This document shows, in pieces, positions 1 to 12,084 of a stretch of 57,546 bases of DNA; the stretch's first letter is position 1; every line of letters begins with the position of its first letter. The position numbers were made by a program, and so were the translations under genes. The notes beneath the pieces are model-generated. The model saw only the letters and a program-made list of their open reading frames with translations, had not been told where the DNA came from and searched no databases. Source of the stretch: Octopus sinensis (lineage: Eukaryota). The stretch spans positions 1 through 57,546 of the forward strand of contig NW_021833605.1 of assembly GCF_006345805.1 (NCBI RefSeq), in the 5' to 3' direction.

Positions 1-268
1 TATGCTTGCACTAGTGACTCAAGGAAGAAAGTCTCCGGTGTTAAATCAGGGTTTCTGGTTGGCCAATCATGTGGACCTCGGCGACCCATCCATCTCCCAG
101 AGAAGTAGGCATGTAGCCATTCACAAACAACAGTAGCAAAAATGTGAAGGAGCACCATCTTGCATAAAAATCAATCTTCAATATTCTCCCAAGAAACTGA
201 TAATTGGCCAGATTTCATCTTGCAGCATGGTGAGGGTAACCTTTCAGCATTCATGGTATTGCAAAGGA
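1..268 (-). mobile_element. Tc1/mariner transposase remnant, DD41D (rosa/Visitor-like) spacing, frameshifted
   Basis: Manual minus-strand translation across 1-nt indels gives ..FMQDGAPSHF-ATVVCEWLHAYFSGRWMGRRGPHDWPTRNPDLTPxDF; 41 residues between the QDG Asp and the xDF Asp. Confidence 0.85.
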
Positions 269-569
269 TATATATATATATATAATATATATATATGGAG
301 TTTAAGATGGTTCGAAGATAACACTTATATTATTCCAAAAGAATAAAATGGTTGTAAAACAATTTAATCTTCTCTTCAGGGAAGTGAAGAAATGAAAAAC
401 TCTCAATAAGACATTTTATATATATATATAATAAGTTTAACAATAAGGATATCTCTTCTAATAAGGGATCTTAACAAGAAATTATCAGGTAGCTAGCGTA
501 GAAAACCTCATAAAGAAAAGAATCGAAAATAATTTTTTTCTTCTGAACAAATAATTATATCTATATGGA

Positions 570-1008
570 TAGAGGGCATTATTACACATAAATGCCTCCA
601 CACTAGGAGGGACAGAGTCATTGACTACCAAAAATTATACTAATCATACCAAATGCAGGTTATTTTTATGCAAGATGTGCTCCTTCACATTTTGCTACTG
701 TGTTTGTGAATGGCTAAAAAGCCGCCATTTACCGGTATATGATTTATAAACATTCCATGTGCTTGGCCGGAGTGAGCAGTTGTCTGTTTGTCTTCGCTAC
801 GTAAGGTTAGTTTATTTATGATGTATTCAGAATCAGTCTGCTGACGATCATTAGACGCAAGTTGTAGGTGAAATCACGGTGATACAGAAATATTCATTTT
901 TAAATGTCTTGCTTTGAAAAACTGCATTTGGGTATTGATTAGTATAATGTTGGTAGTAATGACTCTGTCCTCCTAGTGTGAGGCATTTATGTGTAATAAT
1001 GCCCTCTA
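570..1008. repeat. Pair of ~87-bp inverted repeats (570-658 / 922-1008) enclosing a 55-bp inverted copy of 114-171
   Basis: tagagggcattattacacataaatgcc..aaatgcag at 570-658 is the reverse complement of 922-1008 apart from a few single-base indels and one substitution; 662-716 is the reverse complement of 114-171. Confidence 0.88.
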
Positions 1009-1269
1009 TTACATTTTATATATATATTATATATAATATATATATATATATATGTTGTATGTATGATATGTGGCATATCAGTAAGTGATTTTCATTCAGT
1101 TCACCCTATGAGATTCTTACTCAAAATATTCATAATATAAATTATTATAAATTTGTTAGTTGGGGGGTATGAATCGAAACAATTGTAGGGATATATTTCT
1201 TTTTATATTTTAATAATATAATATTATGTTAATAAATTAACATATGTCAGTTTAAGCTCTCCATTTTCC

Positions 1270-1328
1270 TTTATTATAATATATATATATATATATGTAT
1301 ATATATTCATGTATAGGATAACATTGTG

Positions 1329-1364
<36 letters not shown>

Positions 1365-1547
1365 ATATATATGTATTATATATACACACATACATACATA
1401 TATATATATATGATATACATACAAAAAATATATATACATATTACATACATACATATATATATACACACCTACATATATATGATATATAGTAACAAATATA
1501 TATATATATATATACGTACACACATATATTATACATACATACATACC

Positions 1548-1581
<34 letters not shown>

Positions 1582-2260
1582 TATATTATATATATATATA
1601 TATAAATATGTATGCCTATATATATACATATATGCATATATGTATGCACACCAACGCATATACGGATATGTGTGAGTGTTGTGTATGTATGTTTGTGGTT
1701 TCTTTCATCCATGCAAACATGCAATGCATGCCTCAGATCTGTAAATGAATGCAATTAACAAATCCAATTTTAATATAAATCTTTCATTTTGATAAGAGAC
1801 AGCAAGAAGCATGATATGACAGATATGTTATCTATGTGCCTGTCTTTAATTATATGACTTAGATTATTAAAATTACAATTCCAACGTAAGTGTCAGAAGT
1901 TGTCCCTAGTATATATATTATGTGTGTGTATGTATATATATAATAATATATATATATATATATTATATATATATAAATATATATGTGTGTGTGTGTGTGT
2001 GTGTAAATATATATATGTGTGTATGCGAGTATATATATAATATATATATATATATCTAGATGTATATATGTGGTGTATGTATATATATTTAGAATATATA
2101 GATATATTATATATATATATTATATATATATAGAGAGAGAGAGAGAGAGAAAGAGAGAGAAGCACACATGCGCACACACATACACACACACATACATACA
2201 TACATGCATATGTGCGTGTGTGTGTGTATATATATATATATTCATACGTATAAGATATAT
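1270..2260. repeat. (TA)n/(TACA)n/(TG)n/(GA)n microsatellite mosaic
   Basis: Directly visible; source of the YI/HT-rich ORFs in the track. Confidence 0.95.
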
Positions 2261-2275
2261 ATTGTATAGAGGACC

Positions 2276-2532
2276 TATGTCGTGTATGAGATCATCTGTG
2301 GCAAATGTGGTGCATCCTAGATTGGAAGCACGACAAGAAAACTGCACGTACACATCAAGGAACGCATGCAAGCAGATACTTCTGTGAAGAAACATCTATA
2401 GAAAAGCCAGACTCAGGAATTCACAGTGCACGTCAAGGCAACACAGGGGAACAGGGGCAACCTTAGAATCTCTGAGGTCATCCTCATACACCAAAAGAAA
2501 CCCACCCAAGATCAACAATAGAAGGGAGTTAC
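2276..2532 (+). mobile_element. Penelope-like element GIY-YIG endonuclease remnant (stops, frameshift)
   Basis: Translation YVVYEIICGKCGAS*IGSTTRKLHVHIKERM..LRISEVILIHQKKPT/INNRRE fits the VVY..CxxC..YIG..R..H..E..LN pattern of PLE endonucleases. Confidence 0.85.
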
Positions 2533-2719
2533 AGGAAGCTAGCTGGTTGCAGTAGCCACACCCTTCTGCACAATTCCACTCCACACATGCACATTGGCAA
2601 CAGTTGTCAATTTCTTGAAAATGGAGTCATAACCCTGAAATATTGAATACAAGGTAAGTCTACATTAATTCACATATTTGTTTTCTTGTGATTTACCTTG
2701 CATTTACTTCGCATTGTTT

Positions 2720-2935
2720 TGACCTTACCCACAATCTGTCCGACACTAGTCGGCATGATAGATCGTTAGCCACTACACACATTCTTTTCTCTCCTTCTTT
2801 TTTCTGTGTCCCTTTCTGTAGAAGAGCATAGGCTCGAAACGTAAAAGACTTTTTCTATTCCTGAGCGTTATACTAATACATCTGTTTGTTTTGTACACCA
2901 CCTGTCTTCGTCTTTTGTTTTTTCGTAAACGCTCC
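2720..2935 (+). mobile_element. Penelope pLTR-like repeat with a hammerhead-like motif at 2812-2847
   Basis: cttt-CTGTAGA-A-GAGC-atag-GCTC-GAAA-CGTA-aaag; a homologous decayed copy with matching 3' flank lies at 40860-41005. Confidence 0.6.
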
Positions 2936-2939
2936 TATC

Positions 2940-2973
<34 letters not shown>

Positions 2974-3026
2974 TTTAGGAAGTTAAAAGTTATAAAATAC
3001 ACACACATACCACCACCAACCACAAT

Positions 3027-3140
3027 GGACTTCTTTTAGGTTCCATTTATCAAATCTCACAAAGCTTTGGTCAGCATGAGGTTATAGTAGAAGACACTTG
3101 TCCAAAGTGCCATGTGTTTAATAACAAGCTTCTTACCACA
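3027..3140 (-). mobile_element. SINE family F1 (tRNA/CORE-type head), internally deleted fragment
   Basis: Matches the heads of the full copies at 33213-33627 and 42888-43293. Confidence 0.75.
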
Positions 3141-3144
3141 TATA

Positions 3145-4435
3145 CAGGGTATTTGGGCTAAATTTGATGATATTTATGTCTTCTTTTTTTCAGGGACAGC
3201 TTGATGTATTGGTGAACAGTCAATGGCGTTGGAGAGCATGAAGATTAAAGCTGTAGCTGAGAAAAAGTTAGCTGACACGGAGGACTGGAAGCCATTTGAA
3301 TATTGGAAAAGAGTGACTTGTATCATGATGCTTCATGTAGAGTATCAAAGTGCCCACATCATGACTGTTGCTCAGTGCTCTGTGAACACTGAAACAGCTG
3401 TAAGACATGGCATGGACATCATGAAAACCAAATTCCCAAACCCCACAAACTGTGATGGCCTTTGGCTGTGTCTCCAGTGAGGCTGATGCCATGCTGCCCC
3501 ACATCTTTGAACAGGACCTTAGGGTCAATTCAGATGGTTATGTGAAACTGCGGAGGAGATGGGAAACTCTGGCTAAAGTGGGGGTTGCTGCTGCAAGGCC
3601 ATATGTGTGGCAGCAGGATTCTGCTTTTTGTCACACCTCTGGAAAGAGTCACAAGTGGTTACCAAAGAATTTCTATGACTTCACCAACCCCAATATCTGG
3701 CCTCATATTTCTCCCGATTGTGATTCCATGGATTAATATGCATGTCAGAACATGGCCGTTGCCAGCGCCACCCCGACTGGCCATTGTTCGTGGCCATCCG
3801 TTCGTGGCCATTGCCAGCCTTGACTGGCTTCTGTGCCGGTGGCACATAAAAAGCACCATCCGATCGTGGCCGTTTGCCAGCCTTGACTGGCTTCCGTGCC
3901 GGTGGCATGTAAAAAGCACCATCCGATCGTGGCCGTTTGCCAGCCTCGTCTGGCACCTGTGCCGGTGGCATGTAAAAAGCACCCACTACACTCACAGAGT
4001 GGTTGGCGTTAGAAACATTGCCAGATCAGACTGGGCCTGGTGCAGCCTTCTGGCTTCCCAGACCCCTAGTCAAACCGTCCAACCCATGCTAGCATGGAAA
4101 GCGGACACTAAAAATGATGATGATGATGATGAGGCACAGTTGAAAAAGACACCGACCACTCTGCCTGCAACAGCAAGGCTGAGCTGGTGGCCAACATCAT
4201 GGAAGTGTTTGAAGATCTTCCCAAGGACACAATAAGAAACACAGGCGCTAGGTTCTGGAGCCATCTTAAGGCCAGGGTGAAAAGCTGTGGATGGCTTCTT
4301 TGAGTAAACTGTTATTTGCCAGCCATAATCTTGTTGATGTTTTTGGATCTTTTAAAAATACTGTTATTTTGAATGGCATATTGTGTTTTCTCTTCCCTTT
4401 ATGCAAACTGTCAAATTTAGCCCAAACTCCCTCTG
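3145..4435 (+). mobile_element. maT/DD37D Tc1-mariner element with both TIRs, internally deleted, split by an RTE-type tail insertion
   Basis: Left TIR cagggtatttgggctaaatttga preceded by TA; right TIR tcaaatttagcccaaactccctctg (4411-4435). VMAFGCVSSEADAMLPHIF..YVWQQDS..WPHISPDCDSMD (37 residues D-to-D) resumes at 4131 as VEKDTDHSACNSKAEL..DGFFE*. Confidence 0.92.
3746..4130 (+). mobile_element. RTE-type 3' tail repeat (family F3) with ~3 tandem 63-bp internal units and (GAT)n end
   Basis: Ends in (gat)n; shares gttggcgttag..ccagatcagactgg..catgctagcatggaaag with at least 6 other copies in the window. Confidence 0.85.
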
Positions 4436-5330
4436 TGTGTGTGTGTGGTGTGTGTGTGTGTGTGTGTGTGTGTCCGTCCCTGTATCTATTTGTACAAGCA
4501 TTAACACCAGCATGTCCTGTTCACACATACATTTCCTCTTCCTTACACTCTCACACGCAAACACACACATTCACACGCATGTATTGCACATTCGCATATA
4601 CATACGCAGACATATTGACACACTTGCTGTCATGCACATTGATACACACGCACACATACAAATGCATAAACTGCTTACTCAAAGACAGATACACATACAC
4701 ACACACACACATACACGCACACACATACACGCATATATATGCAGACACATACAGTCTCATAATACATACAAAGACACATACATACATACATACATACATA
4801 CATACATACATACATACATACATACATACATACATACATACATACATACATACATACATACATTACTACATACACATATGACATGCACATAAATACACAA
4901 AACATATATCCAAAGACAGGTGGATACACACACATACACGCACACACATAGACACACACACATATACATACATAGGCACAGTCACACAAACACATGCTCA
5001 AATACAGATAGACACGCGCATACATATACACACATGGGCACACACAAATACACATACAGTCACATACACATATACTCACAAACAGATACAAACACATACA
5101 TACAAACGCATACATGTATATAAAGACACACACACACACACACACTCACATACACATACACATGCACAGGCATTCACATACACACACACATTACATAGAC
5201 AGATACACACAGACCTCACAGACGCTCACACACACACAGACACGGACGGACACATATAGACGGACGCACGCATGTGGACACAGGCACTCAGACACACACA
5301 CACACACACATGCTCAGAGAGAGAGAGGCG
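4436..5330. repeat. (TG)n/(CA)n/(TACA)n microsatellite mosaic
   Basis: Directly visible. Confidence 0.95.
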
Positions 5331-5479
5331 GACACGCAGCTCTCCAATGGTTGTGTGTGAGAGGCCTTTGTATGCCTCTCAAAGCACATAGATAATAAGT
5401 TATTTGGTTATGTGCCTGACAGCTCCAGTAGCTTGCGATGTAAGAGGGCAGCAGCCACTTGCTAAAACAGATCAGAGAG

Positions 5480-6395
5480 ATGTGGTGGTGGTGGTGATGG
5501 TGATGGCGGTGGTGATGGTGGTGGTGGTGGTGATGGTGGTGGCGGCAGTGGTGTGGCGGCAGTGGTGGTGGTGGTGGTGTGGTGGTGGTAAGGTAGTGGT
5601 GGGGCGGCATGTGGTGGTGGTGGTGGTGGTGGTGGTATGGTAGTGGTGGCGGCAATGTGGTGATGTAGTGGTGGTGGGGATGGTGGTGGTAGGTTGATGT
5701 ATGATGGTGGCGGCAGTGGTGGGGTGGTGATGGTGGCGATAGAGGTAGTGATGGTGGCGGTAGTAGTGTGGTAGTGTGGTGTGGTGGTGATGGTGGTGGA
5801 GAGGTAGTGTGGCGGCAATGGTGGTGGTAGAGGTAGTGGTGGTGGGGATGGTGGTGGTAGTTGAGGTAGTGATGGTGGCGGCAGTGGTGGTGGTGGTGAT
5901 GGTGGCGATAGAGGTAGTGATGGTGGCGGTAGTAGTGGTGGTAGTGGTGGTGGTGGTGGTGATGGTGGTGGTAGAGGTAGTGGTGGCGGCAATGGTGGTG
6001 ATGTGGTGGTTGTGGTAGTTGAGGTAGTGATGGTGGCGGCAGTGGTGGTGGTGGTGATGGTGGCGGTAGTAGTGGTGGTGGTGGTGGTGGTGGTGGTGGA
6101 GGTAGAGGTAGTGGTGGTTGTGGCAGTGGTTGTGATGGTGGTGGTGGTGGTGGTGGAGACTGACTGTGATGGTTGTGGTGCTGTTGTCTTTGGATATATG
6201 TTTTGTGTATATATGTGCATTGTGATGGTGGTGGCGATGGTTGTGATGGTGGTGGTTGTGGTTGTGGTGGTGGAGACAGTGGTGTATGGTAGTTTTGATG
6301 CTGATGGTACTAGTGATTGTGGTGATTGTGAAGGTGGTGGTGGTGGTGGTGGTGGCGACGGCAGCGGAGGCGGTGGTAATGGTAGTGTATGATGG

Positions 6396-6426
<31 letters not shown>

Positions 6427-6450
6427 TGATGATGGTGGCGATGGTGGAGG
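5480..6450. repeat. (GGT)n/(GAT)n trinucleotide low-complexity block with short internal duplications
   Basis: Recurring gaggtagtgatggtggcgg units; gives the poly-V/poly-P/poly-H ORFs. Confidence 0.95.
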
Positions 6451-7049
6451 GGTTAATAAGGGAAACTTGCTGGGGTAGAGGAGGCGGCGGTATTTGTAGA
6501 TATAGGGTTAAAAGTGTGTGTGTGTGTGTGTGTGTGTTAGAAAGAGCGCGGGAGTTTGATATAGAGAGGGAAGGAGAGAGGGAAACAGAGAGAGAGAGAG
6601 AGAGAGAAACACAAAGGGAGGGATAGAAAAACAGTTATAGGAAGAATGACAGTGAGAGAGAGAGAGAGAGAGAGAAGAGAAGAGAGAGAGAAGGGAGGGA
6701 GAGATTGAGAATGTAAAAAGTGCGTGTGCGTATGTGTGTGCGTGTGCGTGTGTGCGTGTGTGTGTGTGTGCGTGTGTGCGTGTGTGTGTGTGTGCAAGAG
6801 TAAATACGAACGATGGAAGAATGTTAAGACGGAAGTGATGGTGCGGAAGAGGAGGGTGGCGTGATGGCAGACGGCGGTGGTGGTGGTGGTGGGGGAACGA
6901 TGGAAAAGGATTACGGGGGTGGGGTGGGGTGGAGCCTGGGATGGAGCGGTGGTGGTGGTGGTGGATGGGCGGGGAGAAGGTAGTGGCCGCCAGATGAAGG
7001 GGGAAGAGAATCCAGGAGAAGATTAAGTGGAATAGAGAAAAAGTCACAC

Positions 7050-7204
7050 ATACAGAAGAGATAAACACACACACATATACATATACACACACATACACAG
7101 CCACACACATACACAGATACACACGTAGATGCATACATATGTGTGTATGAGTGTATTTATATGCATGTTGTATGTATGCATGTAATAAGGATATATATAT
7201 ATAC

Positions 7205-7241
<37 letters not shown>

Positions 7242-7552
7242 CATATACATATATATATATAATACATATATATAATATATACATATATATATATATAATA
7301 TATATATATATATATCATATATATATATATATATATATGTATATAATATTCTTTCTATATATGTTAATATGTATAATATGTATACAAATGCACACACACA
7401 CATATATACATACATAAATATATATATACATATTCGTATATATTATACATATATATACTTATATACATACATACATTTATATGTATATATACTTATATAC
7501 ATACATACATGCACACATACAGACATAAATATATATATATATATATACAATT

Positions 7553-7637
<85 letters not shown>

Positions 7638-7648
7638 ATAATATATAC

Positions 7649-7688
<40 letters not shown>

Positions 7689-7745
7689 TACTATACATAT
7701 ATATATATCTACATATATACATACATACATGTATATATATGCATA
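7050..7745. repeat. (CA)n/(TA)n microsatellite block
   Basis: Directly visible. Confidence 0.95.
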
Positions 7746-7805
7746 TAGGAGTGGCGGTGTAGTAAGTAACTTGCTTACCAACCACATGGTTCCAGGTTAA
7801 TCAAG

Positions 7806-8013
7806 TGACTGTCTTTAGTCGAGCAGTGGTTGATGAGGTGAATAGTCAACGAAACAGATGTCCTGAGATAACTTGTGGCAAATATTTCATATTTTATGTG
7901 AAGAAGCTTTGTTTATCGAGAAAACGGAAAGGGCAATCAAAGAAACGAACTAGAAAGTCTATTTCCTCGAGAATTTGACCGCCAGTGCATCTGCTGGCAA
8001 ATTACGGATCAAA
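7806..8013 (+). repeat. Composite repeat X (7806-7897) + Y (7897-8013); X carries a degenerate hammerhead-like motif
   Basis: X recurs as a direct repeat at 12938-13028 (2 mismatches); Y recurs inverted at 12666-12782; X contains TTGATGA-GGTGA-atag-TCAAC-GAAA-CAGATGTC. Confidence 0.85.
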
Positions 8014-8149
8014 TCGCGAAAATACCTTCTGCAGGTTAAAGAACTTGAGAATTTCGAAGTTTATTTGATGAAATTATAAAAATAACTAAGCTATCGGCAT
8101 AGTTCTAACCCCTTTCTAAAGTCTTTAACAGTTTTATGAAACGGGGAAT

Positions 8150-10320
8150 AATTTCCAGGATATGTTAAGCGCTTGACCGAGCGTAATTATCAGGTTACAC
8201 ATCTTAAGAAAGCTTCCAGTAGATCAATATTCTGAACAATTGGGTTTCTAGACTGGAGGTGCAAACAGTTTGGACGTACCATGGTGAGAGGTTGACAAAA
8301 GCCTTATTGAGTAATAATAAACCACATTCGACTTTTTGGGTGATTTTACAAATATGGTTCGTCGAACGCAGATCCTTGTTGACAATAATGCCTATGTCAA
8401 GTTCACCAGCAAACCTCTTAAGTTTGGTGTTGTGGAGAGAGTAGGTAGATTCTGGATTTTTCCTGCCAAAAGGTATAGTGGTGCACATGTCTACAAAAAG
8501 CCTGAGTAACCAGCCAGCAATCCATTGCAGCATAGTGTTCAGGTCAGATTGCAGGAAATATTTATAGCGTATGGGTTCCGTTCTTTTTAACTCAAGATAC
8601 AGAATAATGTCGTCTGCGCATTTTAACAGAGAAACATGCTTCAAGATGGCATCTATTTTCTTACTATATGCAACAAATAACAGGGGACCAAGAATGGATT
8701 CCTGAGGGGTTCTATATACTATTGTGCAGATCAGAATCTTGTCCTAGTAACATAACTATCGCGTTTCGATCGAAAATGAAGGATTTCAACTAGTTATAAA
8801 GTCAGCCCTCACGCCTACAGCACAGAACTTTTCCATAAGTCGTTTGTTTGGCACAGAATTAAAAGCTTTGACGAAGTCGAAATAGATAACATCCACCCAC
8901 GAGCTGCCAGATCACGGCAGTTGGAGTTAGGGATAAATCCAAATTGGGAGGGTCGAATAAGGTTATGAGATTTTCAGTTCTAGAGTGTTTCGCAGACACA
9001 GGACTTCATCAATTTGGTGATCCAGCTTGTGAGACTGGATGGACAGAAATGGATGGGTGACATGCGATTACCCGTTTTGAACAGGGAAATAACGCTGGTA
9101 ATTTTCACTGTTCTGGAGGTAACGCAATTAGTAAGACAAAATTGGAAGATCAACAGCCAGTGTTGTAGAAAAAGACCGCTGCATTCAAGAAGCAAATAAG
9201 CGATGCCATCATTACCAGGGAAAGTATAATTGAATATAAACTTAAGATGGCAGCGCAGCATTGCAGAGGCAAATACAGCAGACGTTATCGAATTTGGCGT
9301 CAGCGGCAGTGAATCCCTTACGTATGGGTTTTCAACAGTAAACATGCTAGTATAGCATAGAGTAATAAATTATGTCCACTTTTGGGGGGTCATAAGTAAT
9401 CTTTCTTGTGCGAAGATTACAGAGGTGTCCAGATGGAGAGTGTGGCTTCTGTTTCAAAGACATATTTCCAGAACATTTTACTATCCAGACCGGTTGCTAC
9501 GTGTTATTAAAATTTAAGTACTTCATTGATATGGTTGGGTGCTCTGTTGCCCCCGCCTTTTCTCATTTTCCTCTGTTGCTATGTAATCTGTATTAACCAC
9601 GTTCAGCCTTTCGTTGTTCTTTCCTAGCAAGCCGGACTGCTTCAGTCTCCCAAATAGCGCTCTTGTGGCTTCTAATGCACTTGCGTGGTACTGATGTTTT
9701 GCAAGCTGTCCAGAATGAATTGTCGATGAGCTGATGATATTGATATTTCCAGAATCATAAAATTCAAGCCAGTTTTGGAATTGAACACAGTTAAGAGTTC
9801 CATTCAGCTTTATTCCAATCAAAATGAAGAGTTCGATAATGGTGACGGCGATGGCTTTTTCCTTTTTTTTTTTGCCCATAAGAGACAGATTAGGCAATGA
9901 TCAACATATGATCGGGGTCATCTAAAAGTTCCTTTGCAGTGACAAATACTGTTTCAGGGGCCGTGGTAAATAGCAAATCCAATGTTGTTACATCTTGGAG
10001 AGGAGGCAACTCACTAGGGACCAGTTTGCATCCAGTGAAAGTTTTCCAATCAGTCTCTGGGCGATTAAAATCGACAGTCATGAAAACATAAATGGCTGTT
10101 TCTCTTGATGTAGCTCCTAGAGTGTCAAAAAGGTTGTGTGTCATGATAGTAGTTTGGGGGACGGTAAACAACTCCAAGTAGATGTATGCTAGATGTACAG
10201 ACGTGATAATTATAAATATCGCAGGAAAAATACTTTTTTGCTGCAGTTGATTCAAATTATCACAAGAAATTATTGAAAAGCTTGAGCAAATATAAGCCAA
10301 CTCATTGACTCCCAACTTTC
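8150..10320 (-). mobile_element. CR1-type non-LTR retrotransposon ORF2 (APE endonuclease + RT), decayed
   Basis: APE-like TVDFNRPETDW, TLDLLFT and PDH (9890-10315); RT motifs VISLFKTGNR..SLTS, VDVIYFDFVKAFNSVP, PQESILGPLLF, CADD, DLNTMLQW, DIGIIVNKDL; many stops and frameshifts. Confidence 0.92.
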
Positions 10321-11399
10321 GTTACCATGTTTCTAAAGAAATTCACTGTTTTTATTTCAATTATTTTTTTAGATAACTGAAGAATAATTTTGACATTTTA
10401 AAGCAAATTATATATATATATATATATATTAACACGAAACTTTGATGGAATTTTTAAAATCAAATCACTTTAAAAATTAACTTTATATCATAGAATTGGG
10501 GTGGTCTCAAGTAGGTCGGAATGAAAATGATTAAAGCAGTCTATACGAAACAGGTTGTAGTCAGTCATGTTAAAAAAACCAGCGAAAAGTAAATAATGTG
10601 CTCCAGTTGCCATGACTGTAATAAAATCAGGGTCAATATTTTTAACGTAAGTCAAAATGTGGATCTCGACGCATAAATTATGGGCATTTAAACGCAGCCA
10701 TTCTGTATCTGGATTTAAGCTTATCGTTCATAAGAAATAACATATTGTTCTTTTCTAGTTTCTAATGAATTTTACATAACTTCCCGTTGTTGGTTCGATA
10801 TCTTCAGACCAGCTGGCATCTATCTTCCATGTGTTACCAGACTTGACAAATGTCCATATTTGTTTATTATCGTCTAAGCTAAATCTAACAAGCTGCGTTG
10901 GCTCCCGATTCAATGACGATACAATACTTCGTGTGCACATTCGAGTCGTAAACCAGGATGAGTTCAATAAACGATTCGATTTTCACGCCTACCCTTGTCT
11001 GGAGATAATCTAACTAGCGAGATATTTAAAATCTAGGCAGGTGGTGGTGGTGGTGGGGGGGAAGCAAAAAGAAAACGAGGGAGATAAGTCCAGGAAAATC
11101 GTTCGACTGAAATTATTTAATATACACAGTATAGATTGAGCGTGAATTTGGTCTTCGAAGCCAACTGTTGAACGTAACGGACATTTTTCAAAATAAGACA
11201 CACACGTACACACACACACACACACGGTTGTATGCAATGGCGGACAGGGTCTAAAAATATTGGTTGCCACTACAATGCTATTATTTAATTTTTTTTTTGT
11301 TGTTAAAAGTATTCTCTTCAACTGTCTACAAACACAGCCAGGCTGAAATAATTAATGCATTCTTCCAAGAAGTGAATAAAAAAAATTCTCAAACTTGAG

Positions 11400-11497
11400 G
11401 GGATGGGGCCCTTAGATACTAGCACGGGCCCCCGTATATGGATTCTAATGTTGCAGGGGCCCACTTGCCATCGGGCAAGCTGGTCAGCCCGCCACTG
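11400..11497 (-). mobile_element. Possible hAT-type terminal fragment
   Basis: Minus strand starts cagtggcggg followed by GC-rich gggccc motifs; no partner TIR found. Confidence 0.3.
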
Positions 11498-11689
11498 GTT
11501 GTATGTATGTAAAAACTTAGAGGATAATTGTAATCCACGCTAGCACCTTATCGACACTTCATGTAGGAAGTTGACAAGCGTAGTATTCTGATAAACGAAG
11601 AATCATCGGTTAAACTCTACTTGATTACAAAATAAACACTTCGCAAATTGAATGCATAATCCAATCGGCATAATATATGCCTCAGAGTG

Positions 11690-11723
<34 letters not shown>

Positions 11724-12084
11724 TAATAATTTAAATGAGTCACAGAGAAATTCGAATCTATGTTACAATCGTTTCCGTAAACGCCGCTTATTCCACGTCA
11801 CATATAAAGTTACGCACTACATACAATATACGCTACATATGCAACACAATAAAATTATTACTGTTCATTCACATCTTCAGGTATCATATGTTACATATAT
11901 TGGATGTATTGCATAACTTTATATATGATATGGAATAAACATCGCTTGTTCATGGAAACGATCGTAACATCAATTCAAATTTCTCTTTTCTTCATTTAAA
12001 TTATGTATGCATGCATGCATGCATATCTTTTGTTAATCATTTTCGAAATTTGAATACGTTATATTTCTTCTCAGATATATAACG

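Noticed and set aside
572-1006. Confident call as a TA-flanked Tc1 MITE
   Set aside because: The flanking TA may simply be part of the shared repeat, the termini are not typical CAG-type TIRs, and template switching explains it equally well; kept only as an inverted repeat.
3585-4235. 216-aa ORF with SLDWLxCRWHxKSTIRSWPFA repeats
   Set aside because: Chimera of an off-frame transposase relic and the 63-bp tandem units of the F3 insert.
6820-7020. G-rich CpG patch (also 15580-15740 with GGGCGG and a GTAAGT) as promoter or G-quadruplex
   Set aside because: Compatible with general G-rich low complexity in this window; no linked exon or other support.
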